In this document: positions 9,542-20,479 of the stretch, piece by piece | How positions within the stretch are numbered: position 1 is the stretch's first letter | Layout of the letters: each line of letters begins with the position of its first letter | DNA from: Bacilli bacterium | Lineage (GTDB): Bacteria; Bacillota_I; Bacilli_A; RFN20; CAG-826 | Assembly (NCBI GenBank): GCA_017450325.1 | Contig: JAFSVB010000087.1 | Location: 8,407-72,406 of the forward strand | Length of the DNA: 64,000 nucleotides | Reading direction: 5' to 3' | Position numbers and translations under genes: made by a program | The notes under the pieces: model-generated | Told to the model about the DNA's origin: nothing | What the model saw: only the letters and a program-made list of their open reading frames with translations | Database searches by the model: none

Positions 9542-10149
9542 AGGTTCTCTTTTATATATGCGCGCAAAGCATCGTCGTCAAAGCGATAGATGAACCCGTA
9601 GCCAAACTTAGCGTCAAGGGCGGCCTGGACGTTTGCGGGCTTATCGTCGATGAAGATGCATTCTTCTCCGCTTAGGCCATATCGCTTCAACAGAATTCGA
9701 TAGATCTCCGGATTCGGTTTGATGACTTTTTCCTTATGCGAATAGACATACCCGTCCACGTAGGGCAATGCGCCTAAGGCTTCGATGGATTCTACAAAAT
9801 ATTCGCAGTAATTCGAAAGCAAGTAGCAGCGGTATCCGCTTTCTTTTAGCTCCTTCAATAGACTCAGAGTGCCTTCTATAGGAATCAGGACTTCATGGAA
9901 ATGCGTCATCGCATACGCCATGGCCTCTTGATGCCGCTCATCCGTGCCTTCGGCCATCTCTTTCGCGATTTCCTTCATCGTGGTGACACCTTCGTCGCCA
10001 CGGAACCAAAGCGGGTTCCGAAAGCCTTTTTCTAAGACGAAACGGGCCATTTCAGGGTCCTTAGGGAAAAGGCGTTGGGACATGGTGGGGGAATCCCACC
10101 GGGCGAGCACGTTGCCCACATCGAAAACGAAATTGCGGATCATGTCCAT
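9538..10149 (-). CDS. HAD-IA family hydrolase, YihX-like (putative sugar-phosphate phosphatase)
   Basis: Motif I FDVGNVL resembles E. coli YihX FDLGNVI, with the HAD C-terminal DD motif (FIDDKPANV). Start chosen at MDMIRNF; the upstream ORF extension is Arg-rich junk. Stop overlaps the convergent STAS-kinase stop. Confidence 0.7.
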   Translation of the reverse strand: MDMIRNFVFDVGNVLARWDSPTMSQRLFPKDPEMARFVLEKGFRNPLWFRGDEGVTTMKEIAKEMAEGTDERHQEAMAYAMTHFHEVLIPIEGTLSLLKELKESGYRCYLLSNYCEYFVESIEALGALPYVDGYVYSHKEKVIKPNPEIYRILLKRYGLSGEECIFIDDKPANVQAALDAKFGYGFIYRFDDDALRAYIKENL

Positions 10150-10205
10150 TATCCTAACACGAAAAAGCCGCGCGATGTGCGCGGCGAAGAGGAACGAAGG
10201 AGAAA

Positions 10206-11855
10206 TCAGACGTCTGCGTAGCAGGAGCCGCCGATGAATTCGCGCATGAGAGAGTTGCTCGGGACCCATTCGTCTGGCATGTCGATGAAATACTTGAGCA
10301 TGCGGATGAGGCGTTGGGCGGTCGGGAAGTAGGGGGACTCGACTTCGATCGCGCGAAGCAGGGGCAGGGCGTACTTCTTCATGACGGGAAGCTCATAGGA
10401 GAGCATCGAATTGTAGACGTAATCCGACCCTTCCTGGCAGCCATAGATCCAGCGGAATTCGCCCTTGCGGACGCTTGGCCACATGGAGAGGGTCTCCTCA
10501 GCGGAGGCGTTGCGGAATTTAAAGTCGCGGACGATGCGGCGAATGAGGCGCAGGTCGGTGAGGGACAGGGGGTTATGGTCATCGATGTTCATCTGGGCTT
10601 GCGGGGCGATGAAAATCTTGAACTTCGCGGACTTGGGGATGTCGGTGGTGAGGCGGTCGTTGAGGGCGTGGATGCCTTCGATGATGATCGGCTCGTTCTT
10701 GCCCACGTGGATTTGACGGCCGGGCACGCGCTTGCCAGACTGGAAGTCGAAGCGGGGGAGCGTCACGGTCTCGCCATTGATGAGGTCGAGCATGTTCTGG
10801 TTGAACAAAGGGACGTCCAAGGCGTCGATGTGCTCGAGGTCGGGCTTGCCATCTTCGTCCAAAGGTACCTCGGATTTCGGCAGGTAATAGTCGTCCAGGG
10901 AGATGCGGATCGGGTTGATGCCGCGGGAGAGCAATTCGATGCGCAGGCGGTTGGCGAATGTCGTCTTGCCCGAGGAGGATGGTCCGGCGATGCAGATGAG
11001 GGAGATGTCGTCGATGCTATCCTCGATGAGCTGGCCAAGCTCGCAGAGCATGCGGTTATGCCTGGCCTCGCAGAGGTTCAGGAACTCGATGGTCCCGCGC
11101 TTCTTGATGGAGTCGTTGATGCCGGCGACGGTGTCACTGCCGACGATCTTGGCCCAGTCGTGGGACTCTTTCAGCGTGCGGTTGAACGTCGGGTCGTCCT
11201 GGAACGCGGGGATTTGCCCGCCTTCTTCGGCGCGGGGGTATTGCAACATGAATCCCGGGCGATAAAGGCGGAGCTTATAGTCGTGGAGGTAGCCGGTGGA
11301 AGGCACCATGTGCGAATACATGTAATCGAGGTATTCCGCGCAGGAGTAGAGGTGGACGTTGGTCTCGGGACGGTATTCCAAAATGGCCATCTTGTCCTCG
11401 TAATGACGCTCTTCGTAGACTTTGCGCGCTTCCTCGAAAGACACCTTCATGCGCTCTAGAGGCAAGTCCTCGGCGATGATGCGGTCGATTTCGTGGGTGA
11501 TTTTTAGCAGCATCGCGGTGGTCGCGCAGGCGTTTGGGTCCAAAAAGGAGATCGAGATGCAGCGCGATACATTATAGGAGAAGCGGATCTTGAGGTCGGG
11601 GTAGCAGCGGGCAAAGGCCATTGCGACAACGTAACGCAAAGAGGCTTCATAGACTTTGATCGCGTCGACGTCCTTGACGGTGAGTATTTCCACATAACAG
11701 TCATGGCTTAGCTCATAAGTGAGTTCGCGAACGCGGTTATCCACGCGAGCCGCGACGGCGCGCTTATCGGGATCGTATTCGCGGATGATGTCGAGAATGG
11801 GCGTTTTGCGGTCGAACTTGTATTCATGACCTTGGATTTTGACGGTAAAGGGCAT
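10206..11855 (-). CDS. Nucleoside/uridine kinase with N-terminal ThrRS-like TGS domain
   Basis: N-terminus MPFTVKIQGHEYKF is TGS-like. The central P-loop (ICIAGPSSSGKTTFANRL) and the whole C-terminal half match the uridine kinase family. Confidence 0.8.
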   Translation of the reverse strand: MPFTVKIQGHEYKFDRKTPILDIIREYDPDKRAVAARVDNRVRELTYELSHDCYVEILTVKDVDAIKVYEASLRYVVAMAFARCYPDLKIRFSYNVSRCISISFLDPNACATTAMLLKITHEIDRIIAEDLPLERMKVSFEEARKVYEERHYEDKMAILEYRPETNVHLYSCAEYLDYMYSHMVPSTGYLHDYKLRLYRPGFMLQYPRAEEGGQIPAFQDDPTFNRTLKESHDWAKIVGSDTVAGINDSIKKRGTIEFLNLCEARHNRMLCELGQLIEDSIDDISLICIAGPSSSGKTTFANRLRIELLSRGINPIRISLDDYYLPKSEVPLDEDGKPDLEHIDALDVPLFNQNMLDLINGETVTLPRFDFQSGKRVPGRQIHVGKNEPIIIEGIHALNDRLTTDIPKSAKFKIFIAPQAQMNIDDHNPLSLTDLRLIRRIVRDFKFRNASAEETLSMWPSVRKGEFRWIYGCQEGSDYVYNSMLSYELPVMKKYALPLLRAIEVESPYFPTAQRLIRMLKYFIDMPDEWVPSNSLMREFIGGSCYADV

Positions 11856-11995
11856 AGCGTAGCCTCCTTTGCATAAGCGAATTAGTTTACATGTAAGCCC
11901 TTACAAATTCAATAGTTCGCAGAGCAATCCATTACGTGTATACTTTAATACGTTCATGCGGGACACGTCCCCGCGAGGAAAGGAAATAACCAAAT

Positions 11996-13198
11996 ATGGC
12001 CAAGGCAATGGTATACCTGCAGTCGGGCGGCCCGACGGCAGTCATCAACTCGTCTCTCTACGGCGCGATCCGTGAGGCGCAGAAACACGAAGAAATCTCG
12101 GGAATCTACGGTTCCCTCAATGGCGTTGAAGGACTCATCCAAGACGACCTGATCGACCTCCGCGAAGAGGAAGACGAGACCATCGAACTCTTCAAGCAGA
12201 CCCCGGGTGCGATCTTAGGCACCGCCCGTTATAAGATGCCGTCTGATCTCAGCGACCTCCGTTATGAGGCCATCTGCCAGACCATCACGAACCATAATAT
12301 CGGCTACGTCTTCGTCAACGGCGGCAACGATTCCATGGATACCTGCGCGAAGCTCGCGAAACTCTTCGCTCAGCAGAAGATCGACTGCAAGGTCATGGGT
12401 GTTCCCAAGACCGTCGATAACGACCTCGCCATCACCGACCACTGCAACGGCTATGGCTCCGCGGCGAAGTACGTCATCAACATCACCAAGGACATCTGCG
12501 TCGACGCCAAGTGCTATAAGAAGGGCAAAGTCTTCATCATCGAGATCATGGGCCGCAACGCCGGATGGCTCACCGCAGCCGTCGACCTGCTTCCCTATCA
12601 GATGCGCCCTGACCTCATCTACCTCCCCGAGGACGCGTTCGAGATGGACGCCTTCCTCAAGGACCTCAAGTCCATCTATGACCTGAAGGGCCACGTCATC
12701 ATCGCGATCTCCGAAGGCATCGTCTTCGAGCGCGACACCTCCTCCACCCGCATCGACGCCTTTGGCCACATTCAGCTCGGTGGTGCGGCGGATGCCCTCG
12801 CGACCATCGTCGAGAAGAAGCTCGGCTTGCCGACCCGCTCCGTCGAGCTCTCCCTCCCCCAGCGCGCCGATCCCGTCTTCATCTCCAAGACCGACCAAGA
12901 CGAAGCCATCGCCTGCGGTGCCTTCGCCGTCACGAGCGCCCTCAAAGGCGAGACTGCGAAGATGGTCATCATCAAGCGCCTTTCCACCAAGCCTTATAAA
13001 ATCGAGCTTGCCCTCGCCCCCGTCGATCAGGTCGCTAATGCCGAGAAAAAGGTCCCGGCCTCGATGATCGCTGGCAAGACCCACATGGATCAGAGCTTCC
13101 GCGATTACCTCACCCCGCTCATCCAAGGCGAAGTCTATCCGAAGTTCAAAGACGGCATCTACATGACCGCCAACCTCAAGAAAGTCAAAGCCCGCTAA
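11996..13198 (+). CDS. pfp: 6-phosphofructokinase, PFK-A family, probably PPi-dependent
   Basis: GGPTAVINSS, GGNDSMDT and PKTVDNDL. Asn-Asp replaces the Asp-Gly dipeptide of the ATP-PFK GGDG motif, and Lys precedes TVDND, as in PPi-dependent PFKs. Confidence 0.85.
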   Translation: MAKAMVYLQSGGPTAVINSSLYGAIREAQKHEEISGIYGSLNGVEGLIQDDLIDLREEEDETIELFKQTPGAILGTARYKMPSDLSDLRYEAICQTITNHNIGYVFVNGGNDSMDTCAKLAKLFAQQKIDCKVMGVPKTVDNDLAITDHCNGYGSAAKYVINITKDICVDAKCYKKGKVFIIEIMGRNAGWLTAAVDLLPYQMRPDLIYLPEDAFEMDAFLKDLKSIYDLKGHVIIAISEGIVFERDTSSTRIDAFGHIQLGGAADALATIVEKKLGLPTRSVELSLPQRADPVFISKTDQDEAIACGAFAVTSALKGETAKMVIIKRLSTKPYKIELALAPVDQVANAEKKVPASMIAGKTHMDQSFRDYLTPLIQGEVYPKFKDGIYMTANLKKVKAR

Positions 13199-13208
13199 AA
13201 GCAAAATC

Positions 13209-13241
13209 AAAACCCCGTTCTTCAAAAAGGCGGGGTTTTTG
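13209..13241 (+). terminator. Rho-independent terminator after pfk
   Basis: AAAACCCCG-N14-CGGGGTTTT followed by TTTTTG. Confidence 0.75.
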
Positions 13242-13393
13242 CATGGGATTTTTCGCGTTTCCCCATTGTTGAATTCCAGGAAGTCCGCTGAGAAAGCAAC
13301 CCTTTTCGGCGATGAAGAAAGCCCAATATTCGTGCGCGCTCACGTTGCCTTCGCTCGCGCGGTGTGGCAAAATAGTCCCATCGCAGGTGGACC

Positions 13394-13879
13394 ATGGCAT
13401 CGTTAGTAGAAAAATATAGAAATTGGAGCGATTTCAAGAAGAACATGTTCATTCTTCTCATGGTGGCGCTTTTTGGCGCGATCGTCGGCATCGGCTTCAT
13501 CTTCATCGACAACATCGGCGTGCTGCTTGGCTGGTTGCTCGGCTCGGCGGTGAATATCTTCGCCTACGTCACGATGTATTATGGCTCCAAGCGCCTGCTC
13601 ACTCCGGACGCCGACCCCAAGAAAGGCTATTTCGCTTTGGTTTGGGCGGTGCTTCGCCTCGCTTTCTATGCGGGATGCTTGCTTTTATCGGGCTTCGCCT
13701 CCTTCAAGTGGGGGACACTCGCCCATGGCTATTGCAACATCATCGCGACTGCGCTCGCCCTCATGCCCACTTGGGTCATGCTCGTCATCACGACCTTGTT
13801 CCGTTCACATAAGCCAAAAGAAGAACCTGTCGCGGAGCGTCAGGAAACCGCTGAAACGGATAAGAAGGAGGGAGAATGA
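13394..13879 (+). CDS. atpI: Small polytopic membrane protein upstream of atpB, AtpI-like
   Basis: Four predicted TM helices. Position immediately 5' of atpB with an ATGA overlap. No strong sequence motif. Confidence 0.45.
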   Translation: MASLVEKYRNWSDFKKNMFILLMVALFGAIVGIGFIFIDNIGVLLGWLLGSAVNIFAYVTMYYGSKRLLTPDADPKKGYFALVWAVLRLAFYAGCLLLSGFASFKWGTLAHGYCNIIATALALMPTWVMLVITTLFRSHKPKEEPVAERQETAETDKKEGE

Positions 13880-14730
13880 ACTCCTTCCTGGTCCTCGCCG
13901 ACCCCTTAAGCGACATGCTCGCTTCCTTTCAAGATCCGACTTTCCGTATCAAAGGCCCGACCATCTCCTCTCTCGCGGTCATGCTCATCGTCGCGGTCTT
14001 GGCGATCATCGCAGGCACGCAAGCTCGCTTCCACGACCCCCTCAAGCCTTCTAAGGGATTGCTTGGCTTAGCCGAGGCATTCTACGATTGGCTGCAGGGT
14101 TGGACGAGGAACATCATGGGCCGTGAGCCCGGCAATTGGCCCGGCTATTTCTTCTGTCTGTTCATCTATTTGTTCCTCGCCTTCATCTGGTCCATCACGG
14201 GCTTCCCGTCGATCATCGATACGCTGGTGCTGCCACTAGCTCTGTCGGTCGTGATGTTCGTGCTCATTCAGTTTACCGCGCTCCGTTATCAGAAATTCGG
14301 CTATTTCCATCGCTATATCGAGCCGATTCCCCTCTTTTTGCCCGTCAACCTCGTGACGATGTGGACGCCCATCATCTCCACGAGCCTTCGTATGTTCGGC
14401 AACTGCATCGCCGGTTCCGTCGTCATCGGCCTCGTCAACTGGGCCCTTAAGAATGTTTCCGTCAATATCTTTAGCGGTTGGGCGGCCGCCTATTTGGCCA
14501 ATCCGATCTTTGCGACCCCAAGTGGCGTGCTTCCGCAGTTCGATAGTCCCGCCGCCATCTGGCTCTCACCGCTGCCCATCGCGGTGCTCAATCTTTACTT
14601 TGCCTTATTCTCTGGATACATCCAGACCCTCGTCTTCGCCTCCCTCAATGGCGTGTGGATCGGCACCGAGATGCCGGAAGACCGCGTCATGGGCGTCACG
14701 GCGCAGGCGACGAGGTCCCAGGGCAAATAA
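13876..14730 (+). CDS. atpB: F0F1 ATP synthase subunit a
   Basis: Polytopic membrane protein with LRMFGNCIAG, matching the conserved Arg-containing helix LRLFGNxxAG. Confidence 0.9.
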   Translation: MNSFLVLADPLSDMLASFQDPTFRIKGPTISSLAVMLIVAVLAIIAGTQARFHDPLKPSKGLLGLAEAFYDWLQGWTRNIMGREPGNWPGYFFCLFIYLFLAFIWSITGFPSIIDTLVLPLALSVVMFVLIQFTALRYQKFGYFHRYIEPIPLFLPVNLVTMWTPIISTSLRMFGNCIAGSVVIGLVNWALKNVSVNIFSGWAAAYLANPIFATPSGVLPQFDSPAAIWLSPLPIAVLNLYFALFSGYIQTLVFASLNGVWIGTEMPEDRVMGVTAQATRSQGK

Positions 14731-14758
14731 GGACAAGACCATATAGGAGGAAATGTAT

Positions 14759-15040
14759 ATGGCAATTCTCAACTCGTTGGTGGCGCTTGCTACAGACGCC
14801 AACATCAACCTCGGCCTCGTCGCGATCGGCGCCGGTATCGCCATTCTCACCGCCGGACTTAGCTCCATCGGCGAAGGCTGGATCGCCTGCCACGCGATCG
14901 ACGCGATGTCGCGCAACCCCGAACAGGCGCCTAAATTCCAGTCCGTCATGATTCTGGCCATCGCCCTTGACGAATCCTGCGGTATTTACGCCTTGATCGT
15001 CTCGATGCTCATCATGTTCGTCCTCGGCGGAAGAGCCTAA
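14759..15040 (+). CDS. atpE: F0F1 ATP synthase subunit c
   Basis: Two-helix hairpin with loop RNPEQ and helix-2 ion site ALDESCGIY. The ATG at 14759 has better RBS spacing (AGGAGG) than the one at 14753. Confidence 0.9.
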   Translation: MAILNSLVALATDANINLGLVAIGAGIAILTAGLSSIGEGWIACHAIDAMSRNPEQAPKFQSVMILAIALDESCGIYALIVSMLIMFVLGGRA

Positions 15041-15059
15041 GGATTCGCGGTGAAGAACC

Positions 15060-15659
15060 ATGAGAAAAACAACTAGGAACTTGTGGATTCTTTTGCCCAT
15101 TGCCGCGGCTTTGCTTTCCTCATGCGCCGGTGCGCCTTTTGAGGCACAGGATTTCGTGGAGAAGATTTTTCCTAATGGCTATTGGGATTTCTTCATTCAG
15201 CTGATCGCGTTTATCCTGCTGCTCATCATCGTCTTCTTCTTGGGATATAAACCGATTCGCAAGATGATGCAGAAGCGCCACGACGCGGTCAACGCCATGA
15301 TCGAAGACGCAAAGCAAAACCAAATCATCGCCGAAAAGGCGGCCAAAGCCTCTGACCAGACCATCCAAGAAGGCAAGGAAGAGGCAGAACGCATCCTCGC
15401 CGCTGCCCGCAAGCAGGCGGAGTTTGAGCGCGAGAAGACGCTTCAGGAAACCAAACGGGAAATCGAGGCCCGCAAGAAAAAAGCCGACGAGGACATCCTC
15501 GCGGCCCAGGAAGCCTCCAAAGAAGAAGTCCGTCGGCAAATCGTCGACGTGGCGATGCTCGCTTCCGAAGCGTTGCTCCAGCGCGAAGTCAACACCGAGG
15601 ACAATAAGCGCCTCGTCGAAGGCTTCGTGGAGGACCTAAACGGAGAAGGTGACAAGTAA
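15060..15659 (+). CDS. atpF: F0F1 ATP synthase subunit b, with lipoprotein-type signal peptide
   Basis: N-terminal signal with lipobox LLSSC, one TM helix, then a long charged helix typical of the b subunit. Confidence 0.85.
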   Translation: MRKTTRNLWILLPIAAALLSSCAGAPFEAQDFVEKIFPNGYWDFFIQLIAFILLLIIVFFLGYKPIRKMMQKRHDAVNAMIEDAKQNQIIAEKAAKASDQTIQEGKEEAERILAAARKQAEFEREKTLQETKREIEARKKKADEDILAAQEASKEEVRRQIVDVAMLASEALLQREVNTEDNKRLVEGFVEDLNGEGDK

Positions 15660-16207
15660 TGACGAACGAACTTTGCCAAAACTACGCCTCTGCCCTCTAT
15701 GGGATGCTTTCCCCGTCTGAGCGCGAGGAGGCCGTCGTCGCCCTTTCTTCCGTGGTCAAGGACCTCAAGGAAGAGCCCGCGTTCGAAAAACTGCTTTCTT
15801 CTTACTCCGTTTCGGCGGAGGAGAAGCGGCGGATCCTCGAGGATGTTTATGGCAAAGAATTCGCGAAATTACCGCACTTCATCCCTTTTTTGAAGGTGGT
15901 AAGCGACCATCATCGGCTGCGCTTGCTACCCGACATCTATCTTGCCTATCGCTCTCTCGTCCATGAGGCTAACGGCATCAAAGAGGGCATCGCCTATAGC
16001 GCGGTCCGCCTCGACGAGAAGGAACTTCGTTCCATCGAAGAAGGCATCGGCAAGAAAATCGGCTGCAAAGTCAGCCTGACCAACATCGTGGACCATCGGC
16101 TCCTAGGCGGAGTGAAGGTCGCGGTGGATGGAAAAGTATTCGATGGCTCGCTCGCGAATAAGCTCGCGGGCTTGCATCGTACGCTCCATGGAGGTATCCC
16201 ATCATGA
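15659..16207 (+). CDS. atpH: F0F1 ATP synthase subunit delta (OSCP)
   Basis: Position between atpF and atpA and OSCP-like size and composition. One-nucleotide overlap with atpF. Confidence 0.85.
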   Translation: MTNELCQNYASALYGMLSPSEREEAVVALSSVVKDLKEEPAFEKLLSSYSVSAEEKRRILEDVYGKEFAKLPHFIPFLKVVSDHHRLRLLPDIYLAYRSLVHEANGIKEGIAYSAVRLDEKELRSIEEGIGKKIGCKVSLTNIVDHRLLGGVKVAVDGKVFDGSLANKLAGLHRTLHGGIPS

Positions 16208-17706
16208 AAATCGATTCCAGCGAGATCAGCGCGTTGATCAAAGCCCAAATCAGAGGCTATGAGACGCGGTTAGAAACCGATGACGTCGGCACGGTCATCT
16301 CGGTCGGCGACGGCATCGCGCTTTGCTATGGTTTGGAAAAGGCGATGCTCGGCGAGCTGCTCGTCTTCCCGGGCGACGTCGCGGGCATGGTCATGAACCT
16401 CGACGCCGAGGATGTCGGCGCCGTGCTTCTTGGTTCGGATACCAAAATCGAGGAAGGCGATACCGTCAAGCGCACCCGCCGCGTCGTGGAAGTCCCCGTC
16501 GGCGATGGATTGCTCGGCCGCGTCGTCAACGCTCTAGGCGCCCCAATCGATCAAAAAGGCCCCATTTCCTATGCAAAAACCCGACCAATTGAACGTATTG
16601 CCCCTGGCGTTATGACCCGAAAATCCGTCGATACTCCGCTTGAGACCGGCATCAAAGCCATCGATGCGATGATTCCGATCGGCCGTGGCCAGCGCGAGCT
16701 CATCATCGGCGACCGCCAGACGGGTAAGACCGCGATCGCCCTCGACACCATCATCAATCAGAAAGGCAAGAACGTGAAGTGCATCTACGTGGCCATCGGC
16801 CAGAAGAACTCTTCCGTCGCCTCCTTCGTGGATAAACTGCGCGAACTCGGATGCATGGACTATGTGACCGTCGTTTCCTCCAGCGCCTCCGAGGCTGCCC
16901 CAAATCAATACATTGCCCCGTTCGCGGGCATGGCCATGGCCGAGGAATGGCTGGAAACCGGCCAAGACGTCCTCATCGTTTTCGACGATCTTTCCAAGCA
17001 TGCCGTCGCTTACCGCACCCTCTCCCTTTTGCTCAAGAGAGCCCCTGGTCGCGAAGCCTACCCCGGCGACATCTTCTATCTCCATTCCCGCCTTTTGGAA
17101 CGCGCGTGCCGCCTTGCCCCGCAGTATGGGGGAGGTTCCATCACCGCGCTTCCGATCGTCGAGACGCAAGCGGGCGACATCTCCGCTTATATTCCAACCA
17201 ACGTCATTTCCATTACCGATGGGCAGATATTCCTCGTCACCGACTATTTCGCTTCGGGCCAGCGCCCCGCCGTCGACTCGGGCTTCTCCGTAAGCCGCGT
17301 CGGTTCTTCGGCTCAAACCAAGGCGATGAAAGCGGTGGCCGCTTCCTTGAAGATCGAACTCGCCTCCTACCGCGAAATGCTTTCCTTCTCGCAGTTTGGC
17401 AGCGATCTCGACGCCTCTACGAAGAAGATCCTCGCTCACGGCGCCGTCTTGATGGAAACGTTGAAGCAAAAGCAATACGCTCCTTATCCCATGTGGAAGC
17501 AAGTGGTGGAGCTCTATGCCGTCAAAGGCCGTCATCTCGATGAACTCGGCAAGGCTGAAGTCGCGCCCTATCTCCAAGGCCTGACTTCCTTCATCGAGGG
17601 CTCCCATCATGAAATCATCGACGCCCTGAATCAAAAGAAAGCCTTCGACCCAGAGCTCACCGCCGCGCTAGATGCGGCCATCGCCGAATACGCATCCTCG
17701 AGGTAA
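16204..17706 (+). CDS. atpA: F0F1 ATP synthase subunit alpha
   Basis: Walker [12 protein letters not shown] plus full-length alpha-subunit similarity. Confidence 0.97.
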   Translation: MKIDSSEISALIKAQIRGYETRLETDDVGTVISVGDGIALCYGLEKAMLGELLVFPGDVAGMVMNLDAEDVGAVLLGSDTKIEEGDTVKRTRRVVEVPVGDGLLGRVVNALGAPIDQKGPISYAKTRPIERIAPGVMTRKSVDTPLETGIKAIDAMIPIGRGQRELIIGDRQTGKTAIALDTIINQKGKNVKCIYVAIGQKNSSVASFVDKLRELGCMDYVTVVSSSASEAAPNQYIAPFAGMAMAEEWLETGQDVLIVFDDLSKHAVAYRTLSLLLKRAPGREAYPGDIFYLHSRLLERACRLAPQYGGGSITALPIVETQAGDISAYIPTNVISITDGQIFLVTDYFASGQRPAVDSGFSVSRVGSSAQTKAMKAVAASLKIELASYREMLSFSQFGSDLDASTKKILAHGAVLMETLKQKQYAPYPMWKQVVELYAVKGRHLDELGKAEVAPYLQGLTSFIEGSHHEIIDALNQKKAFDPELTAALDAAIAEYASSR

Positions 17707-17712
17707 TCCCAG

Positions 17713-18579
17713 ATGTCCCTTGGCTTAAACAAAACCAAACGTCGGATCGCGTCGATTCGCTCGACGCAGAAGATCACCAAGGCCATGGGCATGGTCGCGG
17801 CAGTGAAGCTGCGCCGTTTTCGCGACATCGTTGACCGCTGCGAGGAATATACGCGCGGCATGCACGAAGTCATGGGCGAGCTCTTGCTACATGACGAGCA
17901 GACCAAGACGCATTATTCTTGCGAAAACGAAGGTGTGCAAAGCACCCTCTATATCGTCGTGACGTCGAGCTTAGGCCTCTGCGCCGGCTATAACAACAGT
18001 ATCTTCAAGTTCCTCGAATCCATCGTCGACCCCGAGCACGATATCGTCGCCCCCTTAGGCGAAAAGGGCAAAACCCATTTCGGCCATGACGCGAAATATA
18101 AGACCGTCGACGTGACATTGCCCCCGGTGGACAAGACCATGTCCGCGAAGCAAATTACTCAATTATGCTCGCAAATCAAGGCTGCTTTTAATGAAAAGAG
18201 GGTCAAGAAAGTCGTTCTGGTCTACACCCATTACGTCAATTCCATCTCCTTTGTTCCTGAGCAAGAGACCTTGCTCCCCTTATCCATCGAGCCCACCCCA
18301 CGCGTGGATGAGAATTATTGTCCGCCTCTATTCGAGCCAAGCGCGAGGACGCAGATTCATTCCCTGCTCCCGTATTACCTTGGCTCCCGCATCTATTATC
18401 GGATCGCGGAAAGCCAGCTCTGTGAGCAGGCGAGCCGCCGCAACGCGATGGATAACGCCAACGACAACGCGGACGAATTGCTCAACAAGCTCACCATCGA
18501 ATACAACAAGGCGCGTCAGACCGCCATCACCCAGGAAATCGTCGAAGTCGTCTCAGGCTCGGCCAATGCCACCAACTAG
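17713..18579 (+). CDS. atpG: F0F1 ATP synthase subunit gamma
   Basis: N-terminus MSLGLNKTKRRIASIRSTQKITKAMGMVAAVKLRR is a gamma-subunit hallmark. Confidence 0.9.
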   Translation: MSLGLNKTKRRIASIRSTQKITKAMGMVAAVKLRRFRDIVDRCEEYTRGMHEVMGELLLHDEQTKTHYSCENEGVQSTLYIVVTSSLGLCAGYNNSIFKFLESIVDPEHDIVAPLGEKGKTHFGHDAKYKTVDVTLPPVDKTMSAKQITQLCSQIKAAFNEKRVKKVVLVYTHYVNSISFVPEQETLLPLSIEPTPRVDENYCPPLFEPSARTQIHSLLPYYLGSRIYYRIAESQLCEQASRRNAMDNANDNADELLNKLTIEYNKARQTAITQEIVEVVSGSANATN

Positions 18580-20010
<1,431 letters not shown>

Positions 20011-20013
20011 TTA

Positions 20014-20433
20014 ATGGCGACCTTCCCTCTGAAAATCCTTTCCAGCACCGGCGTCGTTTTTGACGACGAGGCGGATTCCACCCTCGTTCCGACCGTCGAC
20101 GGACCGCTTTTGGTGGAATATGGTTACACCAATTTAATCGCGGCCATCGCCCCCGCAGGCGTATTGAAAGTGGTGCACAATGGCAAAAGCGAATTCTACG
20201 CCGTATTCGGTGGCGCTTTGGACGTGCGCAAGGGAGGGACGGCCTCTTTGTATGTCGAGGAGATCAACCGCGGATACGAAATCGATATGGCCCGAGCCTT
20301 AGCCGCCCGCGACCGCAACCTCGACCGCATTCAATCGCCCTCCGATGACACGGACGTGCTCAAAGCGAAGGCCCATTTGGCGAAGGCTCTTGCGCGAATT
20401 TCCGCGAAGAATCTTTCCGAAGGGTCCTTGTAA
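20014..20433 (+). CDS. atpC: F0F1 ATP synthase subunit epsilon
   Basis: Position and size match. Beta-sandwich plus helical C-terminal region. Confidence 0.85.
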   Translation: MATFPLKILSSTGVVFDDEADSTLVPTVDGPLLVEYGYTNLIAAIAPAGVLKVVHNGKSEFYAVFGGALDVRKGGTASLYVEEINRGYEIDMARALAARDRNLDRIQSPSDDTDVLKAKAHLAKALARISAKNLSEGSL

Positions 20434-20479
20434 AGCGCTTTTATGAATTTATTTTTCCAGGAGGTGCGACAATAAGGCC

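Noticed and set aside
11856-11995. Near-palindrome GGGACACGTCCCC between the divergent kinase and pfk genes
   Set aside because: It is not a perfect inverted repeat and is too short to distinguish from chance. Left as unsupported.
12215-13225. Long antisense ORFs inside well-supported genes, for example 362-988(-), 4098-4634(-), 10314-11459(+), 12215-13225(-), 16534-17634(-), 20618-21292(-), 29727-30677(-), 38621-39412(-), 39671-40438(-), 46683-47891(-), 51829-52716(+), 53998-55137(-), 57827-58975(-), 60122-60793(-), 61839-62438(-)
   Set aside because: The opposite strand carries strong family matches in every case (pfk, atpA, groEL, leuS, tyrS and so on). The antisense translations are Arg/Gly/Asp-rich low-complexity sequence, typical of stop-codon-poor frames in a GC-rich genome.
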